From Amoeboradix gromovi X-113 (taxonomy: Eukaryota; Fungi; Sanchytriomycota): DNA of 6,246 bases. Shown here piece by piece: positions 1-5,701 of the stretch (positions are counted from its first letter, which is position 1; every line of letters starts with the position of its first letter). The stretch is taken from the NCBI GenBank assembly GCA_018985225.1, contig JADGIF010000597.1, positions 1 through 6,246 of the forward strand, in the 5' to 3' direction. The notes below the pieces were generated by a model. The model had not been told where the DNA came from, did not search any database, and worked only from the letters and a program-made list of their open reading frames with translations. The translations under genes were made by a program, and so were the position numbers.

Positions 1-396
1 TAAAGTAATAAAGCTGAAATAATGTTCCAAGTTGTTACAGAAAGTTAGTCCAGTTTTTATATTTGATGTCCCAAATGGTAATTTTGTTGAATTAGACATG
101 TCGCAGTAAAAACTCTGAGCCTTCTTTTTCATTTCCTTGAAGTACATGTTGAGTAATATATTGATGCGCTCCATCAGCCACGTCTTTCCTGTACCTCTAG
201 CGCCTATAATGGCATAATTTGGTCCTTGGATCTCCTGATTTAAATTTAACATACTTTCAACAGCATCTGAAATATTATCAACTAGGTCTCTCACATCTGG
301 AGTAGTGAATAAGGGTTTTGAGTGTAGATCGCCCCATTTAGAAATTATAAAATCTTTAACTGGGTAAATGCGCAGAGCAGCTAAAGAGTTCTCCAT
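1..396 (-). CDS. P-loop NTPase (AAA+/STAND-like), N-terminal 132 aa; gene continues off the left edge
   Basis: Hand translation from ATG at 396-394 is stop-free to base 1: MENSLAALRIYPVKDFIISKWGDLHSKPLFTTPDVRDLVDNISDAVESMLNLNQEIQGPNYAIIGARGTGKTWLMERINILLNMYFKEMKKKAQSFYCDMSNSTKLPFGTSNIKTGLTFCNNLEHYFSFITL. Contains a hydrophobic strand plus Walker A (YAIIGARGTGKT), a helix and a second strand (SFYCDMS). Not in the ORF track because there is no stop in the window. Confidence 0.85.
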   Translation of the reverse strand, partial: MENSLAALRIYPVKDFIISKWGDLHSKPLFTTPDVRDLVDNISDAVESMLNLNQEIQGPNYAIIGARGTGKTWLMERINILLNMYFKEMKKKAQSFYCDMSNSTKLPFGTSNIKTGLTFCNNLEHYFSFITL

Positions 397-498
397 TATT
401 AAATGGTTTGAAAAAAATAACCCAGTATAATAACATTTTAATAACAATGAAGAATTTGATTCCTGGCTTGAATGAATCACATAATCGATGAAACCAAT

Positions 499-568
499 CC
501 TAGTCTAGATTTCATAGTGTAAACCTATTTTTACCCTAGTCTAGAAATCATAGAGTGCGTCCCCTATG
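499..568. repeat. Imperfect tandem duplication of a CCTAGTCTAGA-WW-TCATAG...CCTAT unit, each copy with a small hairpin
   Basis: 499-520 CCTAGTCTAGATTTCATAGTGT vs 535-556 CCTAGTCTAGAAATCATAGAGT (19/22 identical, 36-bp period). Each is followed by CCTAT, giving inverted arms ATAG/CTAT (514-528) and CATAG/CTATG (549-568). Confidence 0.7.
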
Positions 569-754
569 GTTCGGTCAGGTTAAATGGGTGTTTATAAATA
601 CTAAATGAATCCATTTAGTGTAGAAATGGTGAACAAATGGAGACATTTGGCTCAAAAATATTCAGAAATGAAAGAAGATCTTGTTGAGTTCAGTGGGGAG
701 TTGAGAAGACCTGTGCAAGAATTTATTACTATAATTAATGTCATTTGTTCTACT

Positions 755-1321
755 CTACCATTCATCGAAAAGTTTTGACATACCTGTCATCAGTGTTTCA
801 AAACACTCTGATAACGCCTCTGACTTGTTCAACAGTAGCATGATTTGCTTTAGCTATAGGTACCAATTGATCTTGATTATTGTTATACAAGGTCTCAATT
901 GAAGCTTCTTGAGCAATTAATTACTGCCAAATTAAACCGGTCGTTAAGGGTGTAAGGTTTAGTGCTGCTGACGCTGATTTGATAGCTTGTAATAATACTT
1001 GAAAATCAGAATCCTGTTCAAAATACTGTATACAAATATCACTTAATTCTGGATATGCAACCATCTCAAATATGTAACCTTTCATTATTTCTTGTACTTT
1101 ATTTGCATTAACTTGATTTGTTTACGTTTAAACAATCACTTGATTGGTTTCAAGCTTGACAATCGAAATACAAGATCATCAGTGAATAAAAAATGTTCTA
1201 TAAAATGAGAAGTGATTAAATGAGTAATTGGCTCCAAAAATTTGTGTAGTATTTGTAGGGTTTTTTGGACTTTGACTTTAACATGGATTATGTCTAAATC
1301 GTATTTTACAAACTTGTCTAA
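755..1321 (-). pseudogene. Decayed coding region of unknown family, largely alpha-helical
   Basis: Consecutive stop-poor minus-strand frames: 1321-1139 (61 codons, LDKFVKYDLDIIHV...FLFTDDLVF); 1121-801 (106 sense codons with one internal TAA at 923-921: NQVNANKVQEIMKGYIFEMVAYPELSDICIQYFEQDSDFQVLLQAIKSASAALNLTPLTTGLIWQ*LIAQEASIETLYNNNQDQLVPIAK...); then a shifted frame QIMLLLNKSEALSECFETLMTGMSKLFDEW*. Boundaries are approximate. Confidence 0.5.
1111..1145. repeat. 8-bp direct repeat (ACTTGATT) flanking a palindromic insert; insertion/excision footprint-like
   Basis: ACTTGATT at 1111-1118 and 1138-1145. The intervening sequence folds as TGTTTA-CGTT-TAAACA. Confidence 0.55.
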
Positions 1322-1368
1322 TTATTGTGTATGTCCCAAATAATTCGTCAAATTTTTTATTTGGTTTC

Positions 1369-2424
1369 TCAGATATTTTCATCATTTATTATCTGTTTAA
1401 TCTCTGTAATCTCACTTTCTAGCTGTAGTATTTTCTGTGTCTCATCATCCAAAGCTGCTATATTTGACCTCAGTTCATTTTTGATCAAAATTTGCTGACT
1501 CTCAACATGTTTTCTTTGTTCATTATATCTATCGACATTCGACATGTAGTCTGAATAGTTCAAAAAATCATCTTCAATATTCACATTTATTAACTCGTCA
1601 TTTGCTTTGTAATCTAATGCATTTAATAATTCCTCTCTATTACTAAAAGGACTAAGTTTTAAAATCTTCAAAATCTTTTGTAGTTGTGGTTCCAGTAACA
1701 GTCTAGTCTCATCCAACTCCATCAATCTGTTTCCATTCTCATCTTCCAACAAGTGATATAGATCGTTTTCTCGTATGAAGGTATAGTTGGAGTCACTTAA
1801 AGTGTTCTGGTGTTCTATTAATGGGTTTATACTGGATCTCAAATTGGATGTGTCTGATTGCAGTTTATTTATGGCTTTGATTTTAGAATTTTGATCATCC
1901 AGTAGCTCCAAGGCCTGTAACTTTAAATTTTTACATTCTTCTACTAAAATGTGATTAGACTTATGTGGAAAACTTGATTCGTATTCCTCAATGTAAGAAA
2001 GAGATTCTCGAATTACATACTCATCATCAACGTAGTTCTCTTGATACAAATCCATGTCTAGCTGTTGAATTGACTTGATCTTTTGTTCCATTTTACGCAT
2101 TTCATTAGCTATCTTGTCAACTGTAAGAGGAATACTTTGCAAAATCTCATTGTCAAACGAAGGCAACTCTGATGGCGGATTTTCGCTGGTAAATTTTGGT
2201 AATTCTTGCAATGCCAGTTTGTCAGTGAATTCAGTCAACTGGTTTTCATTTGCAATTTTGATTTGTTGAACCATTTCATTTTTTTTCCGAATATTCAAAT
2301 TCTTGAGATTATTGTTCAATTCGTGCACAAATGGGCCGTATTTTGAGTTAATTTTGTTGTCGATTCGATCCAGCAACTGAGATATTTCATCAAAAGCACG
2401 TTGCTGAGTGGATGGGAGTGTCAT
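1369..2424 (-). CDS. Hypothetical acidic coiled-coil protein, 351 aa
   Basis: Long uninterrupted ORF in AT-rich DNA, rich in E/Q/N/L/K/I, with heptad-like stretches (e.g. VDKIANEMRKMEQKIKSIQQL; IAALDDETQKILQLESEITEIKQII). No family recognised. Confidence 0.85.
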   Translation of the reverse strand: MTLPSTQQRAFDEISQLLDRIDNKINSKYGPFVHELNNNLKNLNIRKKNEMVQQIKIANENQLTEFTDKLALQELPKFTSENPPSELPSFDNEILQSIPLTVDKIANEMRKMEQKIKSIQQLDMDLYQENYVDDEYVIRESLSYIEEYESSFPHKSNHILVEECKNLKLQALELLDDQNSKIKAINKLQSDTSNLRSSINPLIEHQNTLSDSNYTFIRENDLYHLLEDENGNRLMELDETRLLLEPQLQKILKILKLSPFSNREELLNALDYKANDELINVNIEDDFLNYSDYMSNVDRYNEQRKHVESQQILIKNELRSNIAALDDETQKILQLESEITEIKQIINDENI

Positions 2425-2448
2425 GTAAAATTTAAAATCTTAAAATGA

Positions 2449-2570
2449 CTCCTCATTGAAAGTCCTGATTTCCGAGAAAATGGAGAATTTTTACAAAGAA
2501 ACTATGTTAGTCTCTCGATTGCAGCGGTTTCTCACGCTTGCACTACCCTGAGACGGGATTGAATAAGGAT
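2449..2570 (-). ncRNA. Putative omega-RNA (reRNA/fRNA) scaffold of the TnpB/Fanzor element
   Basis: Lies directly 3' of the RuvC-III motif and overlaps the end of the nuclease frame, as TnpB/Fanzor guide RNAs do. Its 5' half is locally GC-rich. Nested stems GTCTC(2554-2550)/GAGAC(2514-2510) and TGCA(A)GCG(2542-2535)/CGCTGCA(2526-2520). The loop GAGAAA (2533-2528) is complementary to TTTCTC (2479-2474), a possible pseudoknot. Confidence 0.55.
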
Positions 2571-2670
2571 GTATATATTTGTATATGTTTCTTGCTGCCA
2601 TATGATCTCTATTGTCGCATATTTGGTAATACCAACCACAAGAATTATTAAATAAACAGTTTACAATTTT
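2491..2670 (-). pseudogene. tnpB: TnpB/Fanzor C-terminal remnant (Zn-finger tail plus RuvC-III)
   Basis: Hand translation: KIVNCLFNNSCGWYYQICDNRDHMAARNIYKYIHPYSIPSQGSASVRNRCNRETNIVSL*. NRDHMAARNI (2613-2584), preceded by C...CG, matches the TnpB/Fanzor motif C..CG...(D/N)RDxNAARNI that carries the third RuvC catalytic Asp. Confidence 0.75.
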
Positions 2671-2672
2671 AT

Positions 2673-2813
2673 TTATCGTTGCTCTCTTTCTAGGGATTGA
2701 AAGACATCTAATTCTTCATGTTTGGACCAGTTCCTCAGTGTTGTTAAATGTATGCTGTACCTGTTAGTTATTTCTTCAGATTTGACATATTCGGGATTAC
2801 ATCCATTTGCCAT
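2673..2813 (-). pseudogene. tnpA: IS607-type TnpA (serine recombinase) N-terminal MerR-like HTH, truncated at 46 aa
   Basis: From ATG 2813: MANGCNPEYVKSEEITNRYSIHLTTLRNWSKHEELDVFQSLEREQR*. Y.K..EI..RY.IH..TLRNW...L fits the MerR-type DNA-binding domain of IS607 TnpA (Y.+..E....YGVH..TLRNW...GKI...RTPGG.RRY). The resolvase catalytic domain is missing. Confidence 0.72.
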
Positions 2814-2946
2814 TTGTGAAAATGAAGAATATCTAGCATTTAAGCTGTTGTAAAAAGCTGGAAAAGTCTTGAAATTATATAAATGCATACAAACTCACGA
2901 TAAATGATTTATTCAAGAAAACAATTGAGCGTTTTAAAAAGGCAGA

Positions 2947-3352
2947 TTAAAATTCCCACCCATTAAATGAACGTTCAAGAATATTTTGAGTTGCATTGTG
3001 AGCTTTTTGAATAGCAGGTTTTATATCCTTGAGGAATTTACGATTCAAGCATACATCACAGGCTGCTTTATCTCTTACTCTACAGTTTAGAATCAATATT
3101 GTAGAGTCAATAGTTGTCCTGCAACCATAACACAAAGCCTGGATGAAAGAGTAAGGGAATAGCTGTACAGAACATTTAGTTTTCAAATTTCAACACAAAT
3201 TTTCTAGTCTAGTTTTTACAGAGCATGTGCCAGATGGTTTCCGTGAAAAACATTGAGTTTACACAAGTTTGTGTTAGATTGATGCGAATTCAGTCCAAGT
3301 CGATGAGCATGAAAAAGCTTCAATGCCAACGCTTAACAATGCATTGTATCAT
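2947..3352 (-). pseudogene. Degenerate Cys-rich ORF, possibly F-box-like N-terminus plus CxxC pairs
   Basis: The listed 79-aa ORF starts at TTG, not ATG. Upstream minus-strand translation gives MIQCIVKRWH*SFFMLIDLD*IRINLTQTCVNSMFFTETIWHMLCK, then a 1-nt shift to TRLENLC*NLKTKCSVQ...CYGC...CDVC...GWEF*. The LIDLD..INLTQTC.........IWHMLCK spacing resembles an F-box. Confidence 0.35.
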
Positions 3353-3430
3353 TTGCTGAGCGAAATAGTGGCGATTCTTACCAATCAACAGAATATAAAT
3401 AGTTACTTGACACATTTCAAAGAAATAGAG

Positions 3431-4999
3431 ATGCTATCTCAAGTGCTGCTCTCATTAGCGTTCTCCGTTTCCGTGGATTGCGATAGTGTCAAGGCTTTAG
3501 CATACAACTTAAAATTGAATATCGCAAAACCTGAAATAATGGCGGAGATTTCACTAGATTGTTGTGCATCATTTGGAACAACCTGTTTAGATGACAGAGT
3601 AATTGAAATTAACTGGTCAAAGATGAATTTGGTAGGAACGCTTAACGATTCATTGTTGTTACCACAAATGTTAGAATATTTGAATTTAGGTCAAAATTTA
3701 ATAAGTGGAAGTATTACCTCGCTAAAATTACCCGTATCATTGAGCACCCTAAGATTAGATTCCAACAATATGAACGGTGTTATTCCAACACTACCAGATA
3801 GCCTGGTATACTTGCAAGTTCAGGATAACAGATTGAACGGAAGTCTACCAGTTTTACCACCAAACCTCGCTGTTTTGGCTGCATATAACAACTATATATC
3901 TGGATATATCCCACAGACACTACCACGTACATTGTTATACCTTGGTCTTAGCGCAAACATATTAAAAGGGCCTTTCTACATCTTAAGTTATCCAACTAGA
4001 TTGCAATATGTCTATCTACAAATGAATCAGCTGACAGGAAACCTAAATGACATGACAGGTACAGGCATTCTTGAATTTCACGCTTACTCAAATTTCTTTA
4101 CAGGTGATGTTCCACTCTTCCCAGATACCTTAAAAGCGATATCTTTAGGAATGCCTGGATATTCTGGAAACCGATTTACTGGAACTTTGAAGCTTCGCAG
4201 ACCAAGTGTGGTACTCATAAACAATAACTGGATCACTGATGTCATTATAGATGACACTACCTTATTGTCGCAAACGACTTGTGACTTATCTAATAACCCA
4301 TTGCTAAAAAATGACAATGTTGCCAGCTATCCGTGTGTTAAGTTAGGATTGTTTGATGCCAATTTGCCTTCAAATACGGTGTCAACTTCCAAAAGGATCG
4401 CAGCAATTCAAAGTTCTAGTTCGAAAGCTGCTGCATCCAAAACGTCTAGCAATTTTCCAGTTTCTGTTAAAAGTGCGGACAACTCTAAATCTGTTTATAA
4501 GAGCTCCTTGATTTCAAGCTGCAGTAGTCATTTGAATATAACTGTACCAGTCCAATCAGAATATCCGCCTCTCTGTATTATCGCAACTCGTGATGCTGTT
4601 GAGGATCAGACAAGTTCCAATTTAGCACAATCAGCCGCAGAATCTTTTGAAATTATCCCGTCAATGACACACTCTGAAAACGATGGCGAAGATCCTGTGT
4701 TACGTTCTCCAGTCTCAACTAAACAGTCAAGCGAGAAAAAAACACTTTCAGCAAAAACTAAAACTGCTACTTTAGTCTTAAATACTTCATTCAACACTTC
4801 TCAAAATGACATGGTAGATGGCACATTGGTTTATGGACTATTTGCGGGATTCTGTATTACAGGTTTTTTTGTTTACTTTGCTGCAGTTTATTTTAAGCGG
4901 CCTAGTTATCGCTCTAAATTCGGAAGAAGGAACAGTTTTGGAACTCTAAATACCGTGAATAACACAGCATTTAGTAGAGACCAATATAGTACAAGGTAG
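3431..4999 (+). CDS. Leucine-rich-repeat receptor-like membrane protein (signal peptide, Cys N-cap, LRRs, Ser/Thr stalk, TM, short tail), ~522 aa
   Basis: The ORF opens at 3323, but the second Met (3431) gives a signal-peptide-like MLSQVLLSLAFSVSVDC. N-cap DC...DCC...C..RV..I.W; about 8-9 LRRs of the LxxLxLxxNxLxGxIPxLP type (LEYLNLGQNLISGSI, LSTLRLDSNNMNGVIPTLP, LVYLQVQDNRLNGSLPVLP, LAVLAAYNNYISGYIP); C-cap CDLSNNPLL...C; Ser/Thr-rich stalk; TM ~4826-4894; basic tail KRPSYRSKFGRRNSFGTLNTV. Confidence 0.93.
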   Translation: MLSQVLLSLAFSVSVDCDSVKALAYNLKLNIAKPEIMAEISLDCCASFGTTCLDDRVIEINWSKMNLVGTLNDSLLLPQMLEYLNLGQNLISGSITSLKLPVSLSTLRLDSNNMNGVIPTLPDSLVYLQVQDNRLNGSLPVLPPNLAVLAAYNNYISGYIPQTLPRTLLYLGLSANILKGPFYILSYPTRLQYVYLQMNQLTGNLNDMTGTGILEFHAYSNFFTGDVPLFPDTLKAISLGMPGYSGNRFTGTLKLRRPSVVLINNNWITDVIIDDTTLLSQTTCDLSNNPLLKNDNVASYPCVKLGLFDANLPSNTVSTSKRIAAIQSSSSKAAASKTSSNFPVSVKSADNSKSVYKSSLISSCSSHLNITVPVQSEYPPLCIIATRDAVEDQTSSNLAQSAAESFEIIPSMTHSENDGEDPVLRSPVSTKQSSEKKTLSAKTKTATLVLNTSFNTSQNDMVDGTLVYGLFAGFCITGFFVYFAAVYFKRPSYRSKFGRRNSFGTLNTVNNTAFSRDQYSTR

Positions 5000-5096
5000 A
5001 TGATAATAAATCTTTTTACACAAGTTTTGCGACGAAACAGATTTTTAAACCTTCGAAACTCAGAATTAGCTTTCAATTTGACTTTCTCCTTTTTAG

Positions 5097-5678
5097 ATGA
5101 ATTCAAAAAAATGGATTACGAGACAAAGCAAAGATATGTATGTCAAAAAAAGGACAGATTCAAAGCTATTTGTAAACTACTACGCTAGATCTGCATTTAA
5201 ATTAATTGAAATGCATCAGAAATACAGTTTGTTCAAATCAAATATGACGGTTGGGGATTTTGGGTGCTCGCCAGGATCATGGTCGCAAGTGCTAATTGAA
5301 TACAAATGCAAAGTCATAGGATATGACATATTGGATTGCCAACTTGAGCATCCTTTATTTGACTTTTGCAAACTGGATGTTTCCAAAGCGGATATCAATC
5401 TGTTCGATTTCGATTTCATTGTGTCTGACATGGCTCCTAATCTAACTGGTAACAAAATTAGAGACATTTCAAACAATATTTACTTGAATTCAATGCTACT
5501 CCCATTTATACGAAGCAATACTAAAGGATTAATTTGTAAAGCATTCATGAGTCCTTTGCAAAGAGAATATGAGCAGGAGTTGTCTAAACATTTTACGAGC
5601 GTATTAAAATTCAAGCCTAAATCTAGCCGTTCATCTAGCTCGGAGTACTACTACATAGCTACAAGCTTGAGAAAATAA
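5097..5678 (+). CDS. MRM2: FtsJ/RrmJ-family rRNA 2'-O-methyltransferase, RlmE/MRM2-like
   Basis: W..RQ..D.YVK N-terminus, RSAFKLIE, SAM-binding GDFGCSPGSWSQV, SDMAPN.TG...D, ICKAF, KPKSSR..SSEYY. The K-D-K-E catalytic tetrad is complete. Confidence 0.92.
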   Translation: MNSKKWITRQSKDMYVKKRTDSKLFVNYYARSAFKLIEMHQKYSLFKSNMTVGDFGCSPGSWSQVLIEYKCKVIGYDILDCQLEHPLFDFCKLDVSKADINLFDFDFIVSDMAPNLTGNKIRDISNNIYLNSMLLPFIRSNTKGLICKAFMSPLQREYEQELSKHFTSVLKFKPKSSRSSSSEYYYIATSLRK

Positions 5679-5701
5679 ATGATCATTTTTGAGGAGCCAG
5701 T

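Larger units (their letters stand above)
2449..2896 (-). mobile_element. Non-autonomous, internally deleted IS607-family / Fanzor2-type element (~450 bp)
   Basis: Order on the minus strand matches IS607: left end, tnpA N-terminus (2813-2673), tnpB/Fanzor C-terminus (~2670-2491), structured right end. Motifs shared in direct orientation by both ends: TCAAGACTTT (2872-2863) / TCAGGACTTT (2468-2459) and ATTCTTCATTTTCAC (2830-2816) / ATTCTCCATTTTCTC (2488-2474). Candidate GAG junctions at 2896-2894 and 2454-2449. Exact termini are inferred. Confidence 0.72.

Noticed and set aside
499-556. CRISPR-like array
   Set aside because: Only two imperfect units with a 14-bp spacer and no cas genes.
605-778. 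57-aa plus-strand ORF MNPFSVEMVNKWRHLAQKY...
   Set aside because: Short, no recognisable motif, and antisense to the tail of the decayed minus-strand region. Not excluded but unsupported.
2814-2888. N-terminal 25 aa of the listed 71-aa ORF (MHLYNFKTF...)
   Set aside because: It falls in the inferred left end with its repeats; TnpA similarity begins only after the Met at 2813.
3204-3212. Third CTAGTCTAG copy
   Set aside because: It lacks the rest of the repeat unit and lies inside a degenerate ORF; probably chance.
755-3352. Stop-codon reassignment (e.g. TAR=Gln or TGA=Trp) to explain in-frame stops
   Set aside because: The long genes have no internal stops and end in TGA, TAG and TAA, and the broken regions also need frameshifts. 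Pseudogenisation is simpler.
3323-3430. Upstream Met for the LRR protein
   Set aside because: It would bury the signal peptide and overlaps the divergent degenerate ORF; 3431 is more plausible.
4996-5096. Splice from AG|GTAGAT at the LRR stop to the acceptor at 5096, fusing LRR and methyltransferase
   Set aside because: The junction reads AGA TGA, an immediate stop, so no fusion protein results.
5691-5696. GAGGAG Shine-Dalgarno-like motif before the SPATA20 ATG, suggesting a bacterial operon
   Set aside because: No such motif precedes the other starts, and the RLP-type LRR protein points to a eukaryote. Likely chance, though not formally excluded.
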